From assembly GCA_963845145.1 (NCBI GenBank), contig CAWJQU010000005.1:736001-800000 (forward strand): a DNA stretch of 64,000 nucleotides, written 5' to 3'. Made by a program: the position numbers and the translations under genes. Positions 40,222 through 51,488 of the stretch are shown piece by piece. The notes under the pieces were generated by a model. The model was given only the letters and a program-made list of their open reading frames with translations. It was not told the DNA's origin and did no database searches. The number at the start of each line of letters is the position of its first letter. The first letter of the stretch is position 1. Origin of the DNA: an uncultured delta proteobacterium (GTDB taxonomy: Bacteria; Desulfobacterota; Desulfobacteria; Desulfobacterales; QNYZ01).

Positions 40222-40988
40222 CCGCTGTACCGATCCTTCAAACCAATGGGTTGAGTAAAAATTTCGGCGGCGTGCGCGCCCTGAACAACGTTAGTTTCGA
40301 CCTGATGCCGGGTGAACTTTTAGGGGTTATCGGACCCAATGGTTCGGGTAAAACCACGTTGGTGAACCTGATCACCCGCTTTGTTAAGCCCTCATCCGGA
40401 ACGGTCGCGTTTAAGGGAAAAAAAATCAGCCACCTGCCACCGTATAAAATCGTCCGGCTGGGTATCGCCCGAACCTTCCAGATGGTCAAACCCTTTTACC
40501 ACCTGCCTGCTTATAAGAATATGATCATTCCCCTCTATTCACCACGCATGAAACAACTGGCCGGTGCCAAGTATGGGGACCGGGATGCCGTGGCGCTGGA
40601 CCTGTTGGAGGAGGTTGGATTTGAGCGGGATGCCTACGTTGCCTATAAAGCCGCCGGTGCCTTGCCCCAGGGTTATTTAAAACGCCTGGAGCTGGCCAAG
40701 GCCATTGCACTGCAACCGGATCTGTTTATTCTGGATGAACTTTTTTCCGGATTGAGCTTGGCCGAAGTGGCCAGTATTGTACCCATCATAGAAAAGCTTC
40801 GCTTGGCGGGTAAAACGATCATCATGATCGAGCACAGGCTCAAAGAGCTCTTTCGCATCGCAGACCGCATCATCGTGATGAACTATGGTGAAAAAATCGC
40901 CGATGGCTCAGCGGCCGAGGTTATGGAAAATGATGCCGTTAAAAACGCCTACTTAGGGGCGGAAGAGGACGACCATGCTGGAAGTTAA
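40218..40988 (+). CDS. LivG-like ABC ATPase
   Basis: GPNGSGKTT, ARTFQ, VKNAYLG. Confidence 0.93.
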   Translation: MTAVPILQTNGLSKNFGGVRALNNVSFDLMPGELLGVIGPNGSGKTTLVNLITRFVKPSSGTVAFKGKKISHLPPYKIVRLGIARTFQMVKPFYHLPAYKNMIIPLYSPRMKQLAGAKYGDRDAVALDLLEEVGFERDAYVAYKAAGALPQGYLKRLELAKAIALQPDLFILDELFSGLSLAEVASIVPIIEKLRLAGKTIIMIEHRLKELFRIADRIIVMNYGEKIADGSAAEVMENDAVKNAYLGAEEDDHAGS

Positions 40989-41721
40989 CGACTTAATGGT
41001 TTTTTTTGAAAATGCCCTGGCATTAAACGGCCTGAGCCTAAAAGTGGACGAAGGTGAAATCGTCGGGCTGATCGGCTCCAACAGTGCTGGAAAAACCACA
41101 TTTATAAACACGGTTTCCGGATTGATCATCGACATGCGTATCAAAGAGAAACGCAGAGGTGGAGAGCGCATCAGTGTTTACGGCACGGTCCATTATCAAG
41201 GCGAAGATATTACCGACATGCCCCCCAGTGCGCGCGTATCCAAAGGAATCGTTGTTTCCCGTGAACGACATCCGGTTTTCCCGGAGAGCACTGTGGTGGA
41301 AAACTTCAAAATCGCCGGATACCTGCGTACCAAGGCCGAAACCAGAGAGACCATGGATTTCGTTTTTACGTTATTTCCCCCTCTTTCCAAACTGAAAACC
41401 CGCAAGGCCGGTTTTTTAAGCGGAGGCGAGCAACAAATGTTGGCCATTGGGATGGCCCTGGTGGTCCGACCGAAGCTGCTGCTTCTGGACGAACCCTTGT
41501 TGGGGCTAAGCCCGATGATGCAAAAAGCCGTTATGGATGCCATCGTTTCACTTAATAAGGAATCGGGCATTACCGTATTGTTGAGCGAACAGTTCGCCCG
41601 ACCGGTGTTACCCGTAGTGGACCGGGCCTATGTCGTGGAAAATGGCATGCTCAGCCTTTCCGGTACCGGAGCCGCCCTGATGAATAATCCTGAGATCAAA
41701 GCTGCATATTTTGGTGTATAA
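40975..41721 (+). CDS. LivF-like ABC ATPase
   Basis: GSNSAGKTT, LSGGEQQMLAIG, LLLDEP. Confidence 0.93.
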   Translation: MLEVNDLMVFFENALALNGLSLKVDEGEIVGLIGSNSAGKTTFINTVSGLIIDMRIKEKRRGGERISVYGTVHYQGEDITDMPPSARVSKGIVVSRERHPVFPESTVVENFKIAGYLRTKAETRETMDFVFTLFPPLSKLKTRKAGFLSGGEQQMLAIGMALVVRPKLLLLDEPLLGLSPMMQKAVMDAIVSLNKESGITVLLSEQFARPVLPVVDRAYVVENGMLSLSGTGAALMNNPEIKAAYFGV

Positions 41722-41724
41722 CTC

Positions 41725-43362
41725 ATGACTATAGATCGTACCATACCCGCGTCTTTCGCATCGGCTGCCGACAGGCGGCCCGACCATACCGCTGCCGTCT
41801 ATCTGGGCACCCGGTACAGCTATCAAAAAGTCAGGAAGATGGCCGAAAGCTTGGCCGCCGCTCTTTTGGATAAAGGAATTTCACCGGGACAACGCGTCAT
41901 TATCTACGTACCCAACAGTATCCAGTGGGTGGTTGCCTGGCTGGGAATTCAGCGGGCCGGGTGTGTGTGTGTGCCCATCACGCCCATCTACACACCTAGT
42001 GATCTTGAGTATATCGCCAATGACAGTGAAGCCAGCGCCATTATTTGCGCGGACACCAATTTCGGATACGTAAAAAAAGTACTGCCCCAAACAAAGATCA
42101 AACAGGTAGTGATCACCAAAATGGCAGAGCTGCTTCCCGCCTGGAAGCGGCTTTTCGGTTATCTTTTTGATGTGATTCCGAAAGGAAAAACCGTTTTGGA
42201 TGAGAACACCTATCCCATGGGAAAGCTACTGGCCACCTATGCCAACCGTACGGACACGTTGCCGGAAATAACCGCAAAAGGCAGCGATATAGCTGAGATT
42301 CTGTACACTGGCGGCACCACCAAATATCCCAAAGGGGTCCCCATCACCCACGATCTGTTCCTGGTTTCCGCTAAAGAACAGATCCGAATCAGTGAACCGC
42401 TGCTTCCGCCGGAAGATAACGTCATTATGGCCAATGCGCCCCTGTTCCATGTCCTTGGCCAAACCTGTAGTTTAGCGACGCTGCTGGTGGGTGGCACACT
42501 GCTGCTTCAGCCCAAGGTCAACCTGGACGCCACCTTTGAATCGATCCATCGCTTTAAAGCCCGTACCATGATCGGCGTTCCCATGCTTTACCGGATGATT
42601 TTAGAGCATGACCGCCTGGATCAGTACAATTTGGAATCGGTGGACTACTGGTTTAGTGGCGGTGACGTGCTCCCCGTAGAAGTTAGAAATCGGTGGCGGG
42701 AACGATTCGGTAAAACCATTTATCAGGGTTATGGCGCCACCGAAACCTGCGGGGGTGTCGCCATGTGTTCGACGGATATGGACAATCCGGCCAAAAGTGT
42801 CGGGCAAGTGGTTGCCAGCAAATCCATAAAAATAGTTGATCCTGCCACTTTAGAACCCGTGGCGATGGGGAAACCCGGCGAGTTGATTGTTTCGTCCGAA
42901 TCCATGGTTCTTACCTATTTAAATAAACCCGAGGAAACAGCTGCTTCATTTGTCGAGCTGGATGGAAAAAAATGGTACCGTACGGCCGATGTATTTTCCA
43001 TGGATGAAAATGGCCATCTATACTTTGTCGATCGAACCGTGGATACCATCAAGCATAAGGGCTACCGTGTCTCCGCTTCTGAGATCGAGGCCGTGCTCCA
43101 GGAGCACCCCGCCGTGGTCGCTTCCTGCGTCATCGGCGTCCCTGATGAGAAAACAGGCGAGCGCATTAAAGCCTATGTGGTTTTAAAAGATGACATCAAG
43201 GGAATAACCGGCTACGAACTCACCAAGTGGTGTCGCAAATCCCTGGTGGCATATAAAATACCCCAGCATATCGAATTCAGAGACATGCTGCCGAAATCAA
43301 AGGTGGGAAAACTGCTGCGTCGGGAAATTCGCGACGAGGAAAAACGGATGCAGGAACAATAG
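41725..43362 (+). CDS. Acyl-CoA synthetase (AMP-forming)
   Basis: YTGGTTKYPKG, GYGATE, LPKSKVGK. Confidence 0.93.
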   Translation: MTIDRTIPASFASAADRRPDHTAAVYLGTRYSYQKVRKMAESLAAALLDKGISPGQRVIIYVPNSIQWVVAWLGIQRAGCVCVPITPIYTPSDLEYIANDSEASAIICADTNFGYVKKVLPQTKIKQVVITKMAELLPAWKRLFGYLFDVIPKGKTVLDENTYPMGKLLATYANRTDTLPEITAKGSDIAEILYTGGTTKYPKGVPITHDLFLVSAKEQIRISEPLLPPEDNVIMANAPLFHVLGQTCSLATLLVGGTLLLQPKVNLDATFESIHRFKARTMIGVPMLYRMILEHDRLDQYNLESVDYWFSGGDVLPVEVRNRWRERFGKTIYQGYGATETCGGVAMCSTDMDNPAKSVGQVVASKSIKIVDPATLEPVAMGKPGELIVSSESMVLTYLNKPEETAASFVELDGKKWYRTADVFSMDENGHLYFVDRTVDTIKHKGYRVSASEIEAVLQEHPAVVASCVIGVPDEKTGERIKAYVVLKDDIKGITGYELTKWCRKSLVAYKIPQHIEFRDMLPKSKVGKLLRREIRDEEKRMQEQ

Positions 43363-43434
43363 AAATTGTCTCGGAACGATTGAAGCAACACCATTTTATA
43401 GCAACAGGTGATAGAAGATTGATGGAGGAATTTA

Positions 43435-44583
43435 ATGGATTTTAATTTAACCAAGGAACAGCTGGATATCGTTAAAGCCGCCCGTAAATTTGCAAAGGGC
43501 GAGTTCCCCGACCGTGCCGTTGAATTTGACCGTGAAGAGACTTTCGATCTGGCCATTTGGAAAAAAGCCTGTGACCTAGGGTTCGTTGGCGTTTTTATCA
43601 GCGAGGAATACGAGGGTGCGGGATACGGGTTTTTTGAGCATTGCCTGATAAACGAAGAATTTTGGGCCGTGGAACCGGGTATGGCCGCGGCTGTCCTGTC
43701 GGCCACCTTTGGCGCCGAACTGATTCAACTATATGGTTCCGAAATGCAAAAGAAAACCTGGCTGCCCCGCTTGGTTACCGGCGAAGCCATCATGGGAACA
43801 GCCATCTCCGAGCCGGATGCGGGTTGCGATGTGACTCAGGCAGTCACCACCGCGGTAAAAGAGGGTGATAATTATGTGATCAACGGGTCTAAAATGTTTA
43901 TCACCAATGGCAATGTGGCCAAGTTCCTGCTGGTTTTTTGCCAAACGGATCCGGATAATCCGTCACGACACAAGCGGTATAGCTTTCTCATCGTCCCCAC
44001 CGATACGCCCGGCTATCAAGCCACTAAAATACAGGGAAAAATGGGAATTCGGGCGTCAAACACGTCAGAGGTGGTATTAAAGGATGTCCGCGTTCCCCAA
44101 ACGAGCCTTGTGGGCGTTGAAGGGGAGGGGTTCTATGAATTAATGGCCTTCTTCAATCGCACCCGACTTCATATTGCGGCCCAGGCCGTAGGACTTGCCC
44201 GGGCGGCACTGGAAGAATCGATTCAATACGTCAAAGGGCGTAAACAATTCAATACACCCCTGGCATCCTTTCAGGTCACCCAATTTAAAATTGCCGAAAT
44301 GGCCACCAAGATTCGCGCCGCACGAAATCTCTATTACGAAGCTGCCTGGAAAGCCGACCAAGGCGATATCGACCATGCTCTAGTGGCAATGGCCAAATGG
44401 TATTCCGCCAAGATCGCCGTGGAATGCGCCGACGAAGCCGTTCAAATGCATGGCGGCTACGGCTATATCGATGAATATAAAGTTCAACGTCTTTACCGGG
44501 ATGCCAAAATCCTTGAGATTTATGAGGGAACCAAGGAGATTGAAAAGACCATCATTGCAGGGGCATTGCTGGGTAAAAAATAG
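43435..44583 (+). CDS. Acyl-CoA dehydrogenase
   Basis: AISEPDAG, NGSKMFITNG, QMHGGYGY, YEGTKEI. Confidence 0.95.
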   Translation: MDFNLTKEQLDIVKAARKFAKGEFPDRAVEFDREETFDLAIWKKACDLGFVGVFISEEYEGAGYGFFEHCLINEEFWAVEPGMAAAVLSATFGAELIQLYGSEMQKKTWLPRLVTGEAIMGTAISEPDAGCDVTQAVTTAVKEGDNYVINGSKMFITNGNVAKFLLVFCQTDPDNPSRHKRYSFLIVPTDTPGYQATKIQGKMGIRASNTSEVVLKDVRVPQTSLVGVEGEGFYELMAFFNRTRLHIAAQAVGLARAALEESIQYVKGRKQFNTPLASFQVTQFKIAEMATKIRAARNLYYEAAWKADQGDIDHALVAMAKWYSAKIAVECADEAVQMHGGYGYIDEYKVQRLYRDAKILEIYEGTKEIEKTIIAGALLGKK

Positions 44584-44598
44584 TGGGCACCTGTTCGA

Positions 44599-44853
44599 TC
44601 AGTAGTGGTATCGCAACTGGGCGATATGAATAGAATCTTCAAAAACTTTATAGATAAAACGGTGTTCATCATTGATACGGCGTGACCAATAACCAGAAAG
44701 AGCATGTTTAAGGGGCTCAGGTTTACCAATACCCTCAAAGGGATTTCGTTTCGTATCTTTAATCAGGGTGTTTATGCGACGGAGTGTTTTTTTATCGGTT
44801 TTTTGCCAAAAAAGATAGTCGCCCCAAGCGTGGTCAGAGAAGAACAGCTTCAA
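44599..44853 (-). CDS. yoeB: YoeB/Txe toxin
   Basis: GIGKPEPLKH..WSRRINDEHR..RYHY. Confidence 0.97.
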   Translation of the reverse strand: MKLFFSDHAWGDYLFWQKTDKKTLRRINTLIKDTKRNPFEGIGKPEPLKHALSGYWSRRINDEHRFIYKVFEDSIHIAQLRYHY

Positions 44854-45101
44854 TCGATGAGTTCCTTTTCTATCCCTTTTTCGTTTTCAAGTTGGGCGAT
44901 AGATTCTATCAAACGCCTGGTATTTTTTGGGGACCTTAAAAGGTAAGCCGTTTCTTCAAGAGCTTCGTAATCCTCGAGAGACATGATAACCACAGAGTTA
45001 GACCTTTTGCGTGTTACAATAACCGGCGCATGATCCGAACATACTTTTTCCATCGTTTTTGCAAGGTTTTGCCTTGCTGCTGTATATGTCATTGCTTCCA
45101 T
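44850..45101 (-). CDS. yefM: YefM antitoxin
   Basis: TYTAARQNLA..MSLEDYEALEETAYLLRSPKN. Confidence 0.97.
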   Translation of the reverse strand: MEAMTYTAARQNLAKTMEKVCSDHAPVIVTRKRSNSVVIMSLEDYEALEETAYLLRSPKNTRRLIESIAQLENEKGIEKELID

Positions 45102-45112
45102 TTAGCACCTCC

Positions 45113-45150
45113 TGTACAACATACTGTACATATGAAATAATATTTGTCAA
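45113..45150 (-). promoter_or_regulatory. yefM-yoeB promoter/operator
   Basis: TGTACA at 45113-45118 and 45125-45130 (12-bp spacing as in E. coli); TTGACA at 45145-45150 minus strand. Confidence 0.85.
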
Positions 45151-45421
45151 GCGTATCGTTCAGGCCCCAACAAAAAAATGCACGGATGCAAAAGGCCGCG
45201 GCTTTTTTTGGTTAAGGAGAAGCGATCGTGTTGTACTCTCAGTACTCTCAATTGAAGACCACCTTTTATACTTCCGATATATAGATGAAAATGATTTTGA
45301 CCGTACCGTCAAATATCTGAAACCGAAAAATTACATCATCACGGAATCTCTTGCACCTGATTGACATCCACACCCATATCTGTTGAAAATAAAGAACCAA
45401 TATGCCGAAAGGAATATTGCA

Positions 45422-47425
45422 ATGGCTGCAGAAAAATCCATGCCCATGCATGGCCACCCGATGCTATCCGGTCTATCAACGGAACGGGCTCAAAAGGGAA
45501 AAATCGTTACCGCAGAAGAAGCCGTCCGTGTGATTCGTGATAACGATACGGTGGCCACGGGCGGATTCGTGGGAACCGGGTTTCCCGAAGAGATTGCCAT
45601 TGCGCTGGAGCAATACTTTTTAAAAACGCACCGTCCTCGAAATCTGACTCTCGTGTATGCCGCCGGGCAGGGGGACGGTGGTGAGCGCGGATTGAACCAT
45701 CTGGGCCACGAAGGGCTGGTCCGTCGCGTCATAGGCGGCCACTGGGGCCTGGTCCCCAAACTTCAAAAACTGGCCCTGGACAATAAAATCGAAGCCTATA
45801 ACCTGCCCCAGGGTGTGATTTCACATATGTATCGGGATATCGCAGCCCACAAGCCGCGAACCATCACAACCGTGGGATTGGGCACCTTTGTCGATCCCCG
45901 TAATGGCGGCGGAAAAATCAACACGATAACCAAGAAAGATATGGTGGAGTTGATTACTTTCGACGGCAACGAGTATCTGGCCTATAAGACCTTGCCCATT
46001 CAAGTGGCCATGTTGCGGGGCACCACGGCTGACACCGACGGTAATATCACCATGGAAAAAGAAGCCCTGACCCTGGAATCTTTGGCCATTGCCATGGCAG
46101 CCAAAAATTCCGGTGGGTTCGTTATCGTTCAGGTGGAAAGAATCGCCGAGCACGGAACGCTAAACGCCCGGCAGGTGAAAATACCGGGCATCATGGTGGA
46201 CTGTGTCGTTGTCTCCCGTCCGGAAAATCATTGGCAGACCTTTGCCGAGGCGTACAATCCGGCCTTCAGCAGCGAAATTAAAGTCCCCATACAGTCCATC
46301 GAGCCCATGGCCATGAGCGCCCGCAAGATCATCGCCCGCCGGGCTTCCTTTGAGCTGAAACCGAACAGTGTGGTCAACTTAGGCATCGGCATGCCGGAGG
46401 GCATCGCTGCTATCGCCAATGAGGAGCAGATCAACGATTATCTCACCCTCACCGCCGAACCGGGCGTGATCGGCGGATTACCGGCCGGGGGGTTAAATTT
46501 CGGCGCGGCCATCAACACCGAGGCTGTCATCGACCAGCCTTCCCAATTCGATTTCTACGACGGTGGCGGTCTGGATATCGCCTTTTTAGGGTTGGCCCAG
46601 GCCGACCAGGAAGGCAACTTAAACGTAAGTAAATTCGGCCCCCGCCTGGCTGGTGCCGGGGGTTTTATCAATATCAGCCAGAACGCCAAGAAAGTTGTTT
46701 TTGTGGGTACGTTTACCGCCGGTGGATTAAAGATCGCCATTGATGACGGCCGCCTGCGTATCATCCGGGAAGGAACCGTCCAAAAATTTGTCCCCCTGGT
46801 AGAACATGTCACCTTCAGTGGCCAATATGCCCGAAAGAACAGGCAACCGGTTTGCTACATCACCGAGCGCTGCGTTTTTACTTTAACTGAAAAAGGCCTG
46901 GTGCTAACCGAAATCGCGCCGGGTATCGATCTTAAGCGGGATATATTAAGCCAAATGGCTTTTAAGCCGGTTATTAACGAGCCTCTTCGGGAAATGGATA
47001 ATCGAATTTTTAAATCCGAACCGATGGGATTAAAAGAAGATTTACTGATGTTGGCGTTGGAAGACCGCTTGATTTACGACCCCCGTGAAAACCTTTTCTT
47101 TGTTAATTTCGAAGGCTATACGGTTAAAACGATCGGGGATGTGCAAGAAGTTGAAAAAGCCGTGGCAGCCATCCTGGCCCCACTGACTCAAAAAGTCTAC
47201 ACCATCGTAAATTACGACCATTTCACAATCGCCCCTGAGGTAATCGAGGCGTATACCGACATGGTGAAGGGATTGGTGGATCGATTTTACTCAGGCGTCA
47301 CCCGATACACAACCAGTACCTTTTTACGCATGAAAATCGGCGAAGCACTTGAAAAACGTAAGGTGGCAACCCATATTTACGAAAGCCAAAAAGAGGCCCA
47401 AGAGGCTTTGAAACGATTAAAGTAA
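45422..47425 (+). CDS. Family I CoA-transferase (propionate/acetate CoA-transferase, Pct/YdiF-like) with C-terminal extension
   Basis: [44 protein letters not shown]. Confidence 0.93.
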   Translation: MAAEKSMPMHGHPMLSGLSTERAQKGKIVTAEEAVRVIRDNDTVATGGFVGTGFPEEIAIALEQYFLKTHRPRNLTLVYAAGQGDGGERGLNHLGHEGLVRRVIGGHWGLVPKLQKLALDNKIEAYNLPQGVISHMYRDIAAHKPRTITTVGLGTFVDPRNGGGKINTITKKDMVELITFDGNEYLAYKTLPIQVAMLRGTTADTDGNITMEKEALTLESLAIAMAAKNSGGFVIVQVERIAEHGTLNARQVKIPGIMVDCVVVSRPENHWQTFAEAYNPAFSSEIKVPIQSIEPMAMSARKIIARRASFELKPNSVVNLGIGMPEGIAAIANEEQINDYLTLTAEPGVIGGLPAGGLNFGAAINTEAVIDQPSQFDFYDGGGLDIAFLGLAQADQEGNLNVSKFGPRLAGAGGFINISQNAKKVVFVGTFTAGGLKIAIDDGRLRIIREGTVQKFVPLVEHVTFSGQYARKNRQPVCYITERCVFTLTEKGLVLTEIAPGIDLKRDILSQMAFKPVINEPLREMDNRIFKSEPMGLKEDLLMLALEDRLIYDPRENLFFVNFEGYTVKTIGDVQEVEKAVAAILAPLTQKVYTIVNYDHFTIAPEVIEAYTDMVKGLVDRFYSGVTRYTTSTFLRMKIGEALEKRKVATHIYESQKEAQEALKRLK

Positions 47426-47430
47426 AGTAA

Positions 47431-48834
47431 TTACAGCGCTGATAGCGGCAAACGGTACTTCTTTATTTTTTTGTATAAAAGGGTGCGGTGAATACCCAAT
47501 ACTTCGGCCGCCCGTACTTTGTGATAGTCGGTCTGCTCCAGGGCTTTCAAAATAACCGCTTTCTCGGCCGCCGCCTGGGCCTTTTTCAGGGTGGATACCT
47601 CTGACAGCATCGACTTCCCTCTATCTTTAAGCAGGTAAAAGGGCAGATCGTTCGGCCGGACCGAGTCACCCTCAAGGCTAGACAGGGTTCTTTCCAGCAC
47701 GTTAAGTAATTCTCTCCCGTTTCCCGGCCAATCATAATATTTTAAAACCGCCTCAGCCGCCGGTTCGATGCTTACTGGTGATAAGGTGGCCTCCTCGGTG
47801 AGCCGATACAACAAATGCCGCGCGATGGGAATGATATCTTCCCGGCGTTCGCGCAAGGGCGGTATGTGCAAAGGAATGACATTCAATCGATAAAAAAGAT
47901 CCTTGCGAAATCGACCGTCTGCCATCATATCGTTCAAGCTTTGATTCGTGGCCGCAATCAGGCGAAAATCCGATCGAATGACCGTCGTGCCCCCCACGCG
48001 CTCGAACTCCTTATCTTCCAGCACCCGTAATAGCTTGGGCTGCATGGTGATGGGCAAATCGCCAATCTCATCCAGAAACAAAGTCCCGCGATGGGCCAGT
48101 TCCAGCTTGCCCGGTTTACCGCCGGCCCGCGCATCGGTGAACGCGCCCTCTTCATAACCGAATAACTCCGACTCAAGCAAATCTTTGGGGATCGCCGCAC
48201 AATTTATGCGCACAAACGGGTGCATGCGGCGACCACTGGCGTGATGAATCGCCTGGGCGAAAAGTTCTTTGCCCGTTCCGCTCTCTCCGGATATTAGGAC
48301 GGGGAATTGATTGGCTGTGGCTTTGAGTCCTTCGTCTTTCGCCTCGTTTAAAGACCGGCTGATACCGATGATGCTATCAAATGTATACCGTGTCCCGCGT
48401 AAATTGATCAGCTCTTCCTCATAAATCTTCACCTTGGTTTCCAACAACGATAGCTTGTTGGCCAGTTTACGGACATCCTTGACATCTTTGAACATGACTT
48501 GGCCAAAAACGGCAATCACCTGACCGTCTTTTTTAATGGGAATCCGCTGAACGATCATATTCTGTCCTTTGATCGAGTGGGGTTGGTTAATCTCGGGAAC
48601 CCCGGTTTTAGCCACAATATGCATTCGGCTGTTCTCAACGGAATCGGTACAGTGCCGACCGATCTCTTTTTCAGGATCAAGACCTAAAAACCGCCCATAG
48701 GGTTTGTTGAAATGGGTAATATACCCCTTGCCGTCTGTCACCAGAACACCATTGTAAATGCTGTCAAAGATCAGCTCGTACATTTCCAGTCGGTCTTCTA
48801 AATCTTTGTAGGATGCCAGGCTTGACTTTGTCAT
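47431..48834 (-). CDS. PAS-domain sigma54-interacting regulator
   Basis: [28 protein letters not shown]. Confidence 0.95.
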   Translation of the reverse strand: MTKSSLASYKDLEDRLEMYELIFDSIYNGVLVTDGKGYITHFNKPYGRFLGLDPEKEIGRHCTDSVENSRMHIVAKTGVPEINQPHSIKGQNMIVQRIPIKKDGQVIAVFGQVMFKDVKDVRKLANKLSLLETKVKIYEEELINLRGTRYTFDSIIGISRSLNEAKDEGLKATANQFPVLISGESGTGKELFAQAIHHASGRRMHPFVRINCAAIPKDLLESELFGYEEGAFTDARAGGKPGKLELAHRGTLFLDEIGDLPITMQPKLLRVLEDKEFERVGGTTVIRSDFRLIAATNQSLNDMMADGRFRKDLFYRLNVIPLHIPPLRERREDIIPIARHLLYRLTEEATLSPVSIEPAAEAVLKYYDWPGNGRELLNVLERTLSSLEGDSVRPNDLPFYLLKDRGKSMLSEVSTLKKAQAAAEKAVILKALEQTDYHKVRAAEVLGIHRTLLYKKIKKYRLPLSAL

Positions 48835-49059
48835 CGGTGATTCTCCGTCGGTTATGTCCCCGCTGTGGCCAGATCAATCAGTATCAAAGTTTTGCAGTAG
48901 CAAAATCTCAACATGTATAATATTTGATACAAAATATCATGTCCCCAACCGATTGTCGAGGGTCTTTAATTGGATGGCGATTTACTTCCTTACAAATTAT
49001 TTTGAACAATTATAATAGCTTTACGGTTAATAAAATTTATTTTCGGCCAACCTGGAAAT

Positions 49060-49076
49060 TTGGTCCTAAAATTGCG
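49060..49076 (+). promoter_or_regulatory. Sigma54 -24/-12 promoter for SDR/TRAP genes
   Basis: tGGtcctaaaattGC; palindromic tgtat-N8-ataca at 48914-48931. Confidence 0.6.
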
Positions 49077-49200
49077 GATGTAAAAGATGTAAAAAATGTA
49101 AAAGCATAAGATACATAATGGTCACGATAAGGCCTTGACCGAATTCCAACCCCAGCACAATAGAACGATAAACTATCCACTTATTTAATTGAGGAAAGCC

Positions 49201-50085
49201 ATGAATATAAACAAAATGGATATCAACGAACCGGAAATTAAAAAAGATGAGATTCTGATCCTCGACGATAACCATTTCAATCCCGACAATGTATGCATTG
49301 TCACCGGTGCCGGCACCGGTATCGGTCGTGCCGTCGCCATCGCTGCGGCCGTCAACGGCTTAATGGTTATCGGGTTGGATATCAACGAGGAAGAAGGAGA
49401 AGCGACTCAAAAGCAGGCGCGAAAAATGGGCGGCCAGATGATCTTTATACAATCCGATCTCACCCGGGACGAAGATATTGAACATGCGATATCCGAAGCC
49501 GCCAAATTGGGGTCCATTAAATACCTGGCCAATATTGCCGGCATCCAGCACATCGATTCCATCGAGAACTTTCCAATGGAAAAATATGACTATATGCATC
49601 GCCTGATGCTGAGAGCGCCCCTTTATCTTTCCAAACTGACCATTCCTCACATAAAAAAAAGTGAGGATGGAACCGGGGCCATCGGCAATATGGCATCGGT
49701 CCATGCCCACATTTGTACTGTTAACAAACCGGCTTACAATATCACCAAATTTGGCCTACGGGCTCTGACCCAATCCATCGCCGCTGAGGGGATGGGCAAA
49801 ATCCGTTCATTTAGCATTAGTACCGGCTTTGTTAAAACCCCCCTGGCGCTGAATCAGATCCCCGCCCAGGCCGAACAGCGCGGGATTACGCCCCAGCAAG
49901 TCGTCACCGATGTCATGATGGGCAGTTCCAGGGTGAAAGAGATGATGTCTCCGATTGAAGTAGGAAATCTTTTTATTTTCGGCTATTCCCGGTTCGCAAA
50001 ATACCTGACCGGCGGCGATCTGCTGTTTGACGGAGGAATGCTGAAGACTTATGCAGAAACAAAATCGGCGAAAACAGCTGAATAA
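49201..50085 (+). CDS. SDR, D-3-hydroxybutyrate dehydrogenase-like
   Basis: TGAGTGIG, AGIQH, ASVH, K.AYNITK, GFVKTPL. Confidence 0.85.
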   Translation: MNINKMDINEPEIKKDEILILDDNHFNPDNVCIVTGAGTGIGRAVAIAAAVNGLMVIGLDINEEEGEATQKQARKMGGQMIFIQSDLTRDEDIEHAISEAAKLGSIKYLANIAGIQHIDSIENFPMEKYDYMHRLMLRAPLYLSKLTIPHIKKSEDGTGAIGNMASVHAHICTVNKPAYNITKFGLRALTQSIAAEGMGKIRSFSISTGFVKTPLALNQIPAQAEQRGITPQQVVTDVMMGSSRVKEMMSPIEVGNLFIFGYSRFAKYLTGGDLLFDGGMLKTYAETKSAKTAE

Positions 50086-50250
50086 TTGAGCCTTTTTATT
50101 GAAATTATTTCATCTAATTCAAAAGCCTAATGGCTGTTGTTATCATGATCGATTCTATCTCACACCCAAAACAAAGGAGGTGGTAATAAGTTTGTCGGAT
50201 ATATGTCGTATTATAACGATACCCAAACACATGGATTGAGGAGGTAATCA

Positions 50251-51339
50251 GTGAAAAAAAGTATGTTTTCCAGAATATTGATCGTTTTGCTTGCCGTCAT
50301 GTTTGTCGTCTCTGTCAATACCGGTCAAGCCGCTGAAAAGGAAAAGAAAATCCTTTTAAAAGTTCCCATGGCTTACCCTTCAGCACTTCCCGGATTGGGA
50401 ACCACCATTATATGGATGGCTGATAAAATCGAGCTTCTCAGCGGAGGCTCCCTGAAAATTAAGATTTTTGAGCCGGGCAAATTGATCCCGGCTTTTGAAA
50501 TGCTGGATGCGGTCCACGGCGGCAAAGTGAATGCGTGCTATGGCGTTTCCGGCTACTGGCAGGGTAAATTTCCAGCGGCCTCCTTTTTCACCGCCGTACC
50601 CTTTGGCCCGGAAGCCACGGAATACCTGGCCTGGATCTATTATGGAAACGGAATGAAATTGTGGCAAGAGATGTATGATAATGGCGGAATGAACGTTAAA
50701 GCGTTGTTAGCAGGGGTTTTACCGCCCGAAACCGCCGGTTGGTTTGTAAAGGAGATAAAGAGCGTAGAGGATTTTAAAGGATTGCCCATTCGCTTTTTCG
50801 GATTAGGGGGCATGGCCCTGCAGAAACTGGGTGCATCGGTTACCCAAATCCCGGGAGGTGAAATTTTTGCTGCGCTCGAGAAAAAAGCGATTGAAGCTTC
50901 CGAATTTTCAATGCCCGCCATTGATACCAAACTGGGGTTTTATAAAGTTGCCAAATACAACTACTTTCCCGGTTGGCATCAACAGGCAACCCTGTTCGAG
51001 CTGTTAATCAACAAAGATGTCTGGAACTCCATGAGCGATCGGCAGCGGCTGCTTATCGAAACCCTGTGTCAGGCTAGTACGTTAAATACGATGGCCTGGA
51101 CCGAATCGATCCAATACAAGGTAATGAAGGAAAACGAAGAGAAACATGGCGTCAAGAATATGTACTGGTCCGATGAAATGCTGGGACACTTCAAAAAGGC
51201 TTGGGAAGACGTAGCCGAAGAAGCGTCGGGCAAGGATGCCTTCTTTAAAAAAGTGTGGGACGATATTCAGTCCTTTAGGGCGGATTACAAGATTTGGAAG
51301 GATTACGGCTTTCTGCCCAGGCCGAAACCCGCCAAATAG
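50251..51339 (+). CDS. dctP: TRAP solute-binding protein (TakP-like)
   Basis: AVPFG, GWF.KEI.S..DFKGL, YNYFPGWHQ. Confidence 0.93.
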   Translation: MKKSMFSRILIVLLAVMFVVSVNTGQAAEKEKKILLKVPMAYPSALPGLGTTIIWMADKIELLSGGSLKIKIFEPGKLIPAFEMLDAVHGGKVNACYGVSGYWQGKFPAASFFTAVPFGPEATEYLAWIYYGNGMKLWQEMYDNGGMNVKALLAGVLPPETAGWFVKEIKSVEDFKGLPIRFFGLGGMALQKLGASVTQIPGGEIFAALEKKAIEASEFSMPAIDTKLGFYKVAKYNYFPGWHQQATLFELLINKDVWNSMSDRQRLLIETLCQASTLNTMAWTESIQYKVMKENEEKHGVKNMYWSDEMLGHFKKAWEDVAEEASGKDAFFKKVWDDIQSFRADYKIWKDYGFLPRPKPAK

Positions 51340-51358
51340 CAAACGGTTGACCCCGATC

Positions 51359-51385
51359 CTGTTGGGGGGTGACGCCCCCCAACAG
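51359..51385. terminator. Stem-loop after dctP
   Basis: ctgttggggg/cccccaacag. Confidence 0.6.
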
Positions 51386-51488
51386 TTTCATCAGCAGCGG
51401 TTCACTAATTGAACCAATCGTGTTCAAATCGATAGCGGCGTCTTTTTGGCACCCCTTTCGCAACCCTACCCTTTATGGGGGCATCGCC

